Positions 48,725 through 59,653 of a stretch of 64,000 nucleotides of DNA are shown in pieces (positions within the stretch are counted from its first letter, which is position 1; every line of letters starts with the position of its first letter). A model generated the notes under the pieces. That model searched no databases and was not told the DNA's origin. It saw nothing but the letters and a program-made list of their open reading frames with translations. Made by a program: the position numbers and the translations under genes. The stretch comes from Ignavibacteriales bacterium (lineage in GTDB: Bacteria; Bacillota_I; Bacilli_A; RF39; UBA660): positions 24,382 to 88,381 of the forward strand of contig JBLNAG010000002.1 of the NCBI GenBank assembly GCA_050259235.1, given 5' to 3'.

Positions 48725-51556
48725 TTATTCTATTGGGTACCTATATATAGGATATTTTTGAGAAATTTCTATATTAACACTTTCAAATATTTTAATAATC
48801 AAGTGTTCCTTTAGGTATTCATCAATATCGATGTTATCTTTTAACAAAAATTGAGGAGGATTATCTTTTAATTCTTTAACCATCTTTGTATTATTTGAAA
48901 CATCAATTAAAGAAATTTGGCGTGTTCCTTCAGAATTTAAATCGTCATATAAATCTTCTTGAAGTCTATTTTTATAGATTCCCTCAATAGATTTTTTACT
49001 TAGAATAATCGCACAATTATCTTCGAAATAAAAGCCTTCTATAACAGGAATTTTGACTTTATCTTTTTTATAATAATAAACATATCTTTCTTCCTTATCA
49101 TAATATTTTATTTTATTCGAAATATAATAATAAGGAACCAATATAACGATGTCAGATTTGTCTGGAAATGTTTTAATTATTTCATCAAGGGAATCCTCTG
49201 TTATTTCTATACTTTTTTTGTACAATTCAGTTAAGAAAAATTCATTTTCTGCTTCAATTATAGCATTAGCATATTCTTTACCAATAAATTTCACAGAATT
49301 ACCTGGCTCTTCAATAAAATAATCTTTATTTATGAATTGATTAAATCCTTTTGATTCTTTTATGCTGTTTTCGTTAATTATCCATTTCTTTCCATCAAAA
49401 AGAAAATTTGAAATTTTATCATTTCTGTTATCTAATAAATAGTTAATTTCTTCCCTAAATTTATCAATGACATCATTCGAAAGAGATGTATTTAAAATTT
49501 CATTTTTCTTTTCTTCAATGCATTTCTCCAATTTCAAATTTAAGTAATTGATTAAATCATTTTTATATGTGTCTTTTTTATCTGGTGGATATTTTAAAAT
49601 AGATTCTGCAAAATAATCATATTTCTTCAACTTATCAATGAAATTCTTAAATAAATATTCATTTTTTTTATTTACTATATTTAATAACTCTAATTTATTT
49701 TGCTCTATTCTAATACCATTATAATACGCAATTAAAGTTAAGGAACTTATTTCATCAAACTGTATTGTAATTAGGCCTTGATGCTTATTTTCAGGTTCAT
49801 TGAATTCCAAAAAGTGCCACGAAGATATAAGTTCATTATATTTTCCCTCTTTATTTAACTCCAAATTCAATTCTAATATGTCAGCCACATTATACCCTAA
49901 AAACCAATTATGAATCGTTTTTACTATAACTTTTCTGATGTTTTCTGCATTTTCTGATTTTGCTTTATTAAACTTATATATCAGCCAAGAAATAGCCCCG
50001 ATTTTAACTATATTTTCCGGAATAAGATATTCCATCGATTTTATATAAGCTTTCTTATTATTTAATATGAATGATTCTTTATAATCCTCATCCCCATCAT
50101 ACAATTCAGAATCTTTGATTCTATTAGTCGCAAAAAGACTTCCATTCACAGAATATATTCTACTTGAGTTTTGAGGGAATACACTCGTTATAACAGAATA
50201 TTTTTCCTTTCCAATTGCATCAAATATAATTTGCTGTTTTAAATTTAAGAAGTAATATGAAACATTTATTTCATCAAATTTTCCTGCTGTTATTTTTTCA
50301 TAGAAAGACAAATCATTACTAAGTTTTTCGAACTCTAAATCTGTTTTTAAATCACTAAGTCGCAAATAGAAATACATACTATAGTATTTTTTAAATTCAT
50401 TAAAATTATTTTTATTTTTGGCTTCTGATGATAATAACAACGAAAACTCTATTATTTGTTTTTCAAATTTCTTGTAATTAAACCTAATATTCCTCATTTG
50501 ACGGAAAATTTTATCTAAAAAATCATTATCATTTGTTTCAATAAAAGCTTTAAAGAACTGAATTATTTCCTTTTGATATTTATCTGCATCAAATGTATTA
50601 TTTTCTTTATAAGAATTTAATAGATCAGAAAAAATATTATTTATATCTCCTTCCACCATATTTCTATCATCAACGTTAACCGCTTTTATTCTTATTGAGT
50701 TTAAAATTTTATTTTCTTCAATTTTCAATTCTTTTTTAACTCTTAAAATAGATTCACCTTCTTTAATATAAGAACCTACAACTTTCTTTAATATAAATAA
50801 TTCTTTATTATTTTTTTGTTCTTTATTGGAAGCATCATTTATTTGAGAACTATTGGTGTCATATTCATTATTTTTATTTTTTTTAACTAATTTACCTAAA
50901 TATTTAAAATCGATATTATCAATATAACCAGTTTCTTTGCTGTATATATCCGTGTACTCGTCTTTATCTCCAAAAAAACCGTGCATTTCATCATAACTTA
51001 TAAAATCGTATTTTGCTAATTCTTTTTCAAAATTTGGATACTTACTTTTTATATCATTTATGTTTTTTTCAAAATTATCTTTTCGCTTTTCCAAAAATTT
51101 TTTGAATTTCCTATTACTTTTATCTTCAGATAAGAATATATTAATGAAATTTTTGAAATAACATAATAACATAATATTTATTGTTACTACAAGTGCTGTT
51201 ATTACATATTTTATTACTATGAAATCACAATAAAGGGAAACTATCATCAATAAAAATGTAATTAAAGAATACTTAATAAGTTTAACTATACCTGATTGTT
51301 CTACTAAGAATGGTAAATGCGTTTCTCTCTTTTTATTTTTATTTTCAAATATAAATATTGATAGTGATATTAAATATGCTGAGAATCCAACAAACACTGC
51401 TAATAGGTAACCATCATAACCATCACTCAAAATAGTTTTATCTATAAAATCTTTAAATGTATTTAATGCTTTCCATATATATGTAATTAAGCTTTGGATT
51501 GTTATCAGCAAAAAGTAAATAAAATCTTTTATAATTTCTAATTTTTCAAATTTCAT
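48725..51556 (-). CDS. large orphan membrane protein (4 N-terminal TM helices plus an ~800-aa cytoplasmic Lys/Asn/Glu-rich domain)
   Basis: 946-aa ORF. The likely start is the ATG at 51556, with the RBS ggggtgg 8 nt upstream. No recognisable catalytic motif and no P-loop. Confidence 0.55.
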   Translation of the reverse strand: MKFEKLEIIKDFIYFLLITIQSLITYIWKALNTFKDFIDKTILSDGYDGYLLAVFVGFSAYLISLSIFIFENKNKKRETHLPFLVEQSGIVKLIKYSLITFLLMIVSLYCDFIVIKYVITALVVTINIMLLCYFKNFINIFLSEDKSNRKFKKFLEKRKDNFEKNINDIKSKYPNFEKELAKYDFISYDEMHGFFGDKDEYTDIYSKETGYIDNIDFKYLGKLVKKNKNNEYDTNSSQINDASNKEQKNNKELFILKKVVGSYIKEGESILRVKKELKIEENKILNSIRIKAVNVDDRNMVEGDINNIFSDLLNSYKENNTFDADKYQKEIIQFFKAFIETNDNDFLDKIFRQMRNIRFNYKKFEKQIIEFSLLLSSEAKNKNNFNEFKKYYSMYFYLRLSDLKTDLEFEKLSNDLSFYEKITAGKFDEINVSYYFLNLKQQIIFDAIGKEKYSVITSVFPQNSSRIYSVNGSLFATNRIKDSELYDGDEDYKESFILNNKKAYIKSMEYLIPENIVKIGAISWLIYKFNKAKSENAENIRKVIVKTIHNWFLGYNVADILELNLELNKEGKYNELISSWHFLEFNEPENKHQGLITIQFDEISSLTLIAYYNGIRIEQNKLELLNIVNKKNEYLFKNFIDKLKKYDYFAESILKYPPDKKDTYKNDLINYLNLKLEKCIEEKKNEILNTSLSNDVIDKFREEINYLLDNRNDKISNFLFDGKKWIINENSIKESKGFNQFINKDYFIEEPGNSVKFIGKEYANAIIEAENEFFLTELYKKSIEITEDSLDEIIKTFPDKSDIVILVPYYYISNKIKYYDKEERYVYYYKKDKVKIPVIEGFYFEDNCAIILSKKSIEGIYKNRLQEDLYDDLNSEGTRQISLIDVSNNTKMVKELKDNPPQFLLKDNIDIDEYLKEHLIIKIFESVNIEISQKYPIYRYPIE

Positions 51557-51711
51557 ATTAACCACCCCAATAAAATAATAGTTACTAAATAAATTATATC
51601 ACAATTGTATAGTAAAAAGTAAAAAGAGACTAATTAAAGTCCCTTTTCAAATGTATTAAGATTGCAAAACCTCCTGTAAAATAAACAAAAAAATTCACAT
51701 AATTTTCATAA

Positions 51712-51730
51712 TTGGTGCAGCTGAGGAGAA
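51712..51730. repeat. 19-bp direct repeat of the tmRNA 3' end (attR-like): ttggtgCagctgaggagaa
   Basis: 18 of 19 bases match 53448-53466 (ttggtgGagctgaggagaa), which is the acceptor/T-arm end of ssrA, in the same orientation. Confidence 0.55.
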
Positions 51731-51855
51731 ATTAATTATACTGTATTTTATTGTATACAACATTTAAAAGCCTTTATATTTCAATGATTAATGTATTATA
51801 TTGTATTTATTAATTTATTTTTTTTGTACCTGATTTGTACCTAAAAAAGATGGCA

Positions 51856-53286
51856 TTACTTACATATACTTATTGTCCCGTTCAAGATATTAGGGTTATA
51901 TTTTGTATTTATAGAATATTCTATTTTATCAATGTCTTCATTCAAGAAAATACGACAAGGAAAAGATATGATTTCATTAGGTTTTATGTCTTTCTGAATA
52001 TAACTAATGGTAACGTAATCGTCGTTATAAATTATTTCATAACCTGACTTATATTCAATCAAGTCATAATAGTAATCTTTCATACTTTTATAACTTGGAG
52101 AAGAAGTTCGCCCTGTTGGCAAAGAAATAGAAGTGGGTTGGGTCGGAATACTTCGTCTCTCTAATTCTCTATAAGAACTAATTCCCTTCCGTTTCTTTAT
52201 ATCAAATATTGAATCAACTATATGTACTTTTAAGAAATCCTCAATTGTGTTTTCATAAGGGACTGGAAAATTTTTATAATCAAAGAAACCTTTTTTGGGT
52301 ATGGTTATACTAACTTTAATATCAGAATCAAAGACTTTACCTATATTTTGTATAGCAAGTTCTACAAAATGCATTTTATCAAGTTCCGTTCGTAGTTTTT
52401 CTACCTCATGTTTACGATGAATATTATCAAATATTTTATGAATTAAGCCAATCTTCTTTTTTGCTTCTTCTCCTCCAATATAATGATAACCCCCTAACGG
52501 ATAGGGAGTTTCACTTAAGTTACCCAACTCAAAAAAATTGGGGTTTAGGTGAACGTTATTATAATTTGCATACTCTCTTATTATTTTTGCTTCTTCATCA
52601 CTTATTTTTATCCTACTGCCAAAGACCACACGAGAACTAGGTTCGTCTATTATAATTTTATTAACCTCACTAATATCTTCAGTTATTTTTTCTACTAATT
52701 TACTAACGCTGAACTCATAGTTATACATATTTATAGCAAATCCTTCTATTATTCCATTATCAATTAAACCTACTACTTTTAAATCACTGATACTATTTGC
52801 CATCTTTTCTTTATAAAAAAGGTCATAATCTCTTCGGGTAACTTCGGCATTTTGCTCGCCTTTTCTAATTCTAATAAAACCTTTTGGTAATTTACCATAT
52901 TGTTTACTTAAGCAGTATGGTCTATCTCTATTAGTTTTTGATATTCTAAAAACACCAAACTGTGTGCTGCTATAATCAATTAGCTCGAAATCAACAATAA
53001 TAGTTGGTTCAATATTATTAGTAATCAATGATTGATAATTTGCCCCGTCTTGAACTTTAGACAAGTCAATATTTTTAAACTTCTTATGACCATCTTTACA
53101 TACCCCAACACCTATTATTATATATTTATCATCTAAACAATGTGAATTAGCGAAAGAAAGAACGTCAACAATGAAATCTTCTTTTGAAGTTTGGGAACTA
53201 AAATCATATATATCAATTTTAAAATCTAAATAATCACATTCTCTGCCACTATCAATATGATTTTCTACTATATCTTTATCAATCAT
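51856..53286 (-). CDS. AlbA_2 (Schlafen-like, formerly 'divergent AAA') domain protein with an unknown ~330-aa C-terminal region
   Basis: N-terminal ECDYLDFKIDIYDF...VLSFANSH...YIIIGV matches the AlbA_2 core (ExxEFK...AFANxxGGxxxIGV). The ORF track starts at 53364, but the likely start is the internal Met at 53286, with the RBS gaaggga 9 nt upstream. Confidence 0.65.
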   Translation of the reverse strand: MIDKDIVENHIDSGRECDYLDFKIDIYDFSSQTSKEDFIVDVLSFANSHCLDDKYIIIGVGVCKDGHKKFKNIDLSKVQDGANYQSLITNNIEPTIIVDFELIDYSSTQFGVFRISKTNRDRPYCLSKQYGKLPKGFIRIRKGEQNAEVTRRDYDLFYKEKMANSISDLKVVGLIDNGIIEGFAINMYNYEFSVSKLVEKITEDISEVNKIIIDEPSSRVVFGSRIKISDEEAKIIREYANYNNVHLNPNFFELGNLSETPYPLGGYHYIGGEEAKKKIGLIHKIFDNIHRKHEVEKLRTELDKMHFVELAIQNIGKVFDSDIKVSITIPKKGFFDYKNFPVPYENTIEDFLKVHIVDSIFDIKKRKGISSYRELERRSIPTQPTSISLPTGRTSSPSYKSMKDYYYDLIEYKSGYEIIYNDDYVTISYIQKDIKPNEIISFPCRIFLNEDIDKIEYSINTKYNPNILNGTISICK

Positions 53287-53416
53287 AACAACAATCCCTT
53301 CATAGAAATATATACCTATATTATAAGATAAAATCGAAGAAATGTATATATGATTATATTTCATATTTTTTAGGCACTAAAAAAGTACCTAAAATGTACT
53401 TAAAAAAAACAAAAAA

Positions 53417-53437
53417 AACCCTTATAAAATAAGGGTT
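53417..53437 (-). terminator. tmRNA terminator
   Basis: aaccctta ttt tataagggtt immediately 3' of the tmRNA CCA end, followed by a long U-run. Confidence 0.55.
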
Positions 53438-53448
53438 AACTATCACTT

Positions 53449-53790
53449 TGGTGGAGCTGAGGAGAATCGAACTCCTGTCCGAAAATATCTCATTATAAGC
53501 TTCTACAAGTTTAGTCAGTTAATTAAATTCCTAGAAAAAGTTGATAACTAACAATCCCTTCCCTAGTAAGCTTATTATTTTCATTATTACTATAAGCATC
53601 ATAATAATATATCCTATATAATCGAGCCTCTTAAATCCCCTATAGGAGAAAGAATAGAAGAAGCAGCTATGCTATTTTATTAAGCGAAAGCTAATTGATT
53701 TCTGTTTCCAGTTATTTTTGTTTGTACTTAACGCGTACCTTCGACTTGCCACCGATAACCCAACATTCCCGTCGAAACCTGAGCAGCCCC
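53449..53790 (-). ncRNA. ssrA: transfer-messenger RNA (tmRNA, SsrA)
   Basis: The minus strand begins GGGGCUGCUCAGGUUUCGACGGGAAUG, a tRNA-like 5' end. The tag reading frame ends ...AAUCAAUUAGCUUUCGCUUAAUAA, giving ...NQLAFA followed by tandem stops. The 3' end is GGAGUUCGAUUCUCCUCAGCUCCACCA. Confidence 0.9.
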
Positions 53791-53803
53791 ATAAACAATA
53801 ACC

Positions 53804-53812
53804 ATTATACCA
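53804..53812 (-). promoter_or_regulatory. extended -10 (TGgTATAAT) of the ssrA promoter
   Basis: tggtataat lies 13 nt upstream of the mature tmRNA 5' end on the minus strand. Confidence 0.4.
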
Positions 53813-53839
53813 TAAATTATTAATAAGTAAAATATAAAA

Positions 53840-53862
53840 AAGTAGATACAATGTATCTACTT
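53840..53862 (-). terminator. pyrG terminator
   Basis: agtagatac aatg tatctact followed by a U-run on the minus strand. Confidence 0.55.
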
Positions 53863-53866
53863 AATA

Positions 53867-55510
<1,644 letters not shown>

Positions 55511-55520
55511 CTACACCTCC

Positions 55521-55570
55521 AAAAAATAACAAAAAAAATCTAGAGAGAACTCTTCTTCTAGGCTCTCTTA
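55521..55570 (-). terminator. candidate leader terminator/attenuator in the pyrG 5' UTR
   Basis: Between the -10 TATAAT (55572-55577, minus strand) and the pyrG RBS: agagagcctagaagaagagttctctct hairpin then uuuuuuuuguuauuuuuu. This is analogous to the B. subtilis pyrG attenuator. Confidence 0.4.
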
Positions 55571-55634
55571 AATTATAACACTTTGAAAATAAATATTCAA
55601 ATGTTTTGTTCGCATTTCTTGAAAATTTGTAAAC

Positions 55635-56162
55635 TTATGATTTCTTATGATCAATAATTTTCCCTTTCACCCCTACTACTGTAACATCATCAGGAATATC
55701 ATTAATCACTACTGCATTGGCACCTATCTTTACATTATTGCCAATTGTAATGGCACCTAATAATTTTGCACCACAACCTACCATGACATTATTCTTTAAA
55801 GTCGGATGTCTTTTAATTTTATCTTTACCAGTTCCCCCTAAGGTAACCCCATGATAAATTAAACAATCATCTCCTATTTCAGCTGTTTCTCCTATAACTA
55901 TTCCCATACCATGATCTATAAATAATCTCCGACCTATTTTGGCACCAGGATGAATTTCAATACCCGTAAAAAATCTACCTATTTGTGAGATTAGTCTAGC
56001 TATAAAATAGCATTTATGTTTATAGAAAAAATGACCTATTTGATAAAATATTAAAATGTGAAATCCTTGATATAAGAGAATCACAGATAAAACATCCCTA
56101 GCAGCTGGGTCTTTAGTAACAATATTTTTAGCATCTTCATACAATTTTTTCATAATAATCAC
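55635..56162 (-). CDS. cysE: serine O-acetyltransferase
   Basis: 175 aa in short-form CysE arrangement with hexapeptide-repeat left-handed beta helix ([38 protein letters not shown]). Confidence 0.9.
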   Translation of the reverse strand: MIIMKKLYEDAKNIVTKDPAARDVLSVILLYQGFHILIFYQIGHFFYKHKCYFIARLISQIGRFFTGIEIHPGAKIGRRLFIDHGMGIVIGETAEIGDDCLIYHGVTLGGTGKDKIKRHPTLKNNVMVGCGAKLLGAITIGNNVKIGANAVVINDIPDDVTVVGVKGKIIDHKKS

Positions 56163-56265
56163 CCTATTATTACAAAATATGTGGTAAATAAATTTGAATC
56201 ATAATAAACATAATAAAATAGTATATAAAAAGAGAAATGAGCTTTCTGCTTTTATATACTATATT

Positions 56266-59013
56266 TCAGAATGGTAAATCATACATTGAGTTTTTTAACT
56301 CACTTTTACCTTTAATTCTAATTTTTCTTTCTTTCTTGTATACCTTTGATATATTTTTTATTGTTTCTTCATTTGCTCTATCAAAAGATAATTTTTCTAT
56401 ATCACGTTTAATCCATTTAGGATAATCCTTAGTAATATACTTAATAATCTGATCAATATACAAAGCATCTTTATCATAACAAGATTCAGATATTGTTGGA
56501 ATTGATTCTTTTATTCTTTGTATATCTTCTAAAGAAAGTCCATTTATGATACTAATATACTCATAAAAAGTATTAACTCTTTTAGTCCATAAATCTTCTT
56601 TTTTACTTTTTAGTTGTCCTAAAATGCTATTTAAAAATTCTAAATTACATAACTGCTTATACTCATTATTATTTATATGTCCACAGTTAAAAAGCTCATC
56701 ATAACCTGTAGTTTCTATATCTATTTGCTTATAGCTTAAATAATTGAAAATGACATCAGCATTTTCTTCTGCACTAATGATACAATTATTTACATAGCTA
56801 ATTTTAGATTGTAAAGTTAAATTAAATTTTTCTTGAAGGTAAAAAATATAAAATTTAAAAATCTGTGCTTGTTCTTCTGATAATTGATATCTTATTACTA
56901 ATTCCTCAATTTCCTGATGATGATAATCGTTTATTTTATTACCATTAATATCATTAACTATATTAATTGAATGAACATTAAAGTATAATTTAACTATTTT
57001 ATCAATTGTTAATTCTCTTTTCTCAATCTTTTCTTTAATTTTAAGGTAATTGTAATATTTATTTATGTCTTTAAATACTTCTTCCTTTTCATTATCATAA
57101 AGATCTACTTCTTCAATTACCCTATTAATAACTGCTTCTAACTCTTGATAATTGCTGATTTCCAATATATTGGCTAAGTTTTTTTCTTCACTATGTTCAA
57201 GCATCTCGCAAAATAAAATGCTCTCATATTCTCTTTCAAACCAATTTGAATAATTATCAATTAAATTTAACACATTATTTTCATGAATATACTTTTTTAT
57301 TATCTTCTGTAAGTAAAAAGAGTTAATATTTAATTTTGTAAATAAGTCAGTAATGACAATATCTAAATATTCTAGTTTAGAAGAATGATTATGATATTCT
57401 TCGTAATATTTTGTAAGATTAGGATCATTATCAGGTTGTTTTTCAACAACATGTTCAACAATATGTTCAGGAATAGTAAGTTCACTTTCTTGGCGATATA
57501 CAAGCTCACATAAAATACCACCTTCAGAATTTAAGATTGGCTTTTTATATGATAAATCTATTAAGAGGATATCACGTAATAATTTATAACCATCAGACCC
57601 ATAAATATTTGTTTGATAACGATGCAACGTACCATTATTCCAATCAACTTTAGTTATAAATCCTATATCTTCTAGATAATTTTCATCTTTATATTGAATA
57701 AAATCTATTCTTTCTTCAGTACCAATTTTTTTTCTTAATTTATAAGGCATTTTATCTACTCGTTCTAAAAATTCCTTAATACGTTTTTCATCAAAGCCTA
57801 ACATATCAACCCATTTCGTTTTAGAAATTCTAGGTACTCTTATCTTTTTATAGAAAGATTGATATTTCTGTTCAATCAGCATTCGCTGAAACATTAAATA
57901 ACCTTGTAAGTTAAACTTTTTTTCAAAATAATCAGGGTTATCACTCTTCATAAACTCTAAAACACCAGCACGCATTTTTTGAGTAATTGCAAGTTCTTTA
58001 TCTGAATTAATATATAAGCTATTGCCAATACTTTTTAATTGATCAAGTTTATAAAAATGTTCATAATTATTAATAATACCATATATATCAATTTCTTCTA
58101 GATTATAAAAATTAGTTATAAACATTAAATCTCTATCATTAAGAGGATTATCATTTTTTATTGTTAAAGATATTAAATTATTAGCTACTGTTTGAAGAAA
58201 AAATAGATTGTAAGAAATATTAATATTATATAGTGATAATCTCTTTGAATCTAAATGTAACCCTTTTTGACTCAATTCTAGAAAAACGGTATTAGATAAA
58301 CTAATATCACATTTTGCATAATTAAAACTATCGAGTGAATTAAATGTTGATGCTTCATCACAATAACGTAATGTTTTTAATAAACTTATATTAACATTTT
58401 TATCAAAAATACAATTTACGGTATCAAATCTTACTAAATTATTATAAGAATCAGCAATTATTCTAATATCAGTTTCTCTTATCACTAAATTAGAAATATG
58501 TATATCTCTAACATTTTCTTTCTCTAGTAAATCAACTTTTTTATCCTCATATAGTAGACTATCATCTTGGCTATATATTTTCTTTTCAGCCACATTATTA
58601 TCAATATAATAATGATTATTTTGAATAAAATCATTTAGTAATTCAATTACTTCTTTGATAGAAGCAGTATCTATTCCGTCATACTCAAAATCCTTTTCAA
58701 TATATAAATTACATTTCTTATATTTTTCATTATACCATTCACCATAAATATATTTAGCTTTAATCCCCTTTAATTTAATATATAAATGTGGTTCCTTTAA
58801 TTGTTGATCATGAACTTCTTTTACAACAATAACACCATTTATCACTTTTTCTTCATAATAAGGAGGCAAAGCTTTAAATTTATAATCATCCTTACCAATA
58901 CATCCATCTTCATATATAGCTGCATCATAAATTCTTTTAAGTAATCGCCTAACGCATACTTCTTTCTGCCCAAAACTAATCTCACCCATATAGAAATCCC
59001 CCGTTATTGCCAA
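56266..59013 (-). CDS. large orphan cytoplasmic protein with a leucine-rich-repeat-like central region
   Basis: 915 aa with no signal peptide or TM helix. LxxLxLxxN-like repeats span about residues 200-310 (NISLLKTLRY...LSLYNINISYN...LISLTIKNDNPLN). Confidence 0.5.
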   Translation of the reverse strand: MAITGDFYMGEISFGQKEVCVRRLLKRIYDAAIYEDGCIGKDDYKFKALPPYYEEKVINGVIVVKEVHDQQLKEPHLYIKLKGIKAKYIYGEWYNEKYKKCNLYIEKDFEYDGIDTASIKEVIELLNDFIQNNHYYIDNNVAEKKIYSQDDSLLYEDKKVDLLEKENVRDIHISNLVIRETDIRIIADSYNNLVRFDTVNCIFDKNVNISLLKTLRYCDEASTFNSLDSFNYAKCDISLSNTVFLELSQKGLHLDSKRLSLYNINISYNLFFLQTVANNLISLTIKNDNPLNDRDLMFITNFYNLEEIDIYGIINNYEHFYKLDQLKSIGNSLYINSDKELAITQKMRAGVLEFMKSDNPDYFEKKFNLQGYLMFQRMLIEQKYQSFYKKIRVPRISKTKWVDMLGFDEKRIKEFLERVDKMPYKLRKKIGTEERIDFIQYKDENYLEDIGFITKVDWNNGTLHRYQTNIYGSDGYKLLRDILLIDLSYKKPILNSEGGILCELVYRQESELTIPEHIVEHVVEKQPDNDPNLTKYYEEYHNHSSKLEYLDIVITDLFTKLNINSFYLQKIIKKYIHENNVLNLIDNYSNWFEREYESILFCEMLEHSEEKNLANILEISNYQELEAVINRVIEEVDLYDNEKEEVFKDINKYYNYLKIKEKIEKRELTIDKIVKLYFNVHSINIVNDINGNKINDYHHQEIEELVIRYQLSEEQAQIFKFYIFYLQEKFNLTLQSKISYVNNCIISAEENADVIFNYLSYKQIDIETTGYDELFNCGHINNNEYKQLCNLEFLNSILGQLKSKKEDLWTKRVNTFYEYISIINGLSLEDIQRIKESIPTISESCYDKDALYIDQIIKYITKDYPKWIKRDIEKLSFDRANEETIKNISKVYKKERKIRIKGKSELKNSMYDLPF

Positions 59014-59204
59014 TATTTTTTACATAGTCTCTATATTAACATTATGCCTATATTTTGTCAATTAAAAAAACATCTCTAAAATACCTTAAAGCTTAATTAT
59101 TAAAGTATAATTTAAATAGACAATAATTACTGAAATCTCCACAAATTTCATTGTTTTATATTAAACACAATTTTTTTATAAATAAAAAAATCCAAATGGA
59201 TCTT

Positions 59205-59645
59205 TTAATAATTTTTTAATATTCTTGCAGTATCTCTTGCAATATCTTTTTTCTTTATTGATTCTCTTTTGTCGTATAACTTTTTACCTTTAGCAAGACC
59301 TATTAAAATCTTAGCTTTATTCTTTTTAAAATATAGTTTTAAAGGTATTAAAGTATAACCTAAAAGATTAATCTTTTCATTAAGTTTTAATATTTCATTT
59401 TTATGTAATAGTAACTTTCTAGTTCTAGTTTCCTCATGATTAAATATATTGCCCTGTTCATAAGGACTAATATGCATATTTAGCAAAAACATTTCACTTT
59501 TTCTTATAACAGCATAACTATCTTTAATATTAGCAGCACCATTCTTAATTGATTTTATTTCAGTGCCAGTTAAAACTATTCCAGCTTCAACAGTATCTAA
59601 TATTTCATATTCATAGTTAGCTTTACGATTATTAATTTCTATCAT
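59205..59645 (-). CDS. smpB: SsrA-binding protein SmpB
   Basis: 146 aa; GIVLTGTEIKSIK...LLLHKNEI are conserved SmpB motifs. Confidence 0.95.
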   Translation of the reverse strand: MIEINNRKANYEYEILDTVEAGIVLTGTEIKSIKNGAANIKDSYAVIRKSEMFLLNMHISPYEQGNIFNHEETRTRKLLLHKNEILKLNEKINLLGYTLIPLKLYFKKNKAKILIGLAKGKKLYDKRESIKKKDIARDTARILKNY

Positions 59646-59653
59646 TATATCAC

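Larger units (their letters stand above)
51712..53467 (-). mobile_element. small tmRNA-integrated islet remnant (no integrase) carrying one AlbA_2/Schlafen-domain gene
   Basis: Bounded by the ssrA 3' end and its 19-bp direct repeat; its cargo gene by eye looks a little more GC-rich than the flanks (not computed). Confidence 0.45.

Noticed and set aside
59170-59204. Terminator hairpin downstream of smpB (aaaatccaaatggatctttt).
   Set aside because: Only a 4-5 bp imperfect stem; too weak to call.
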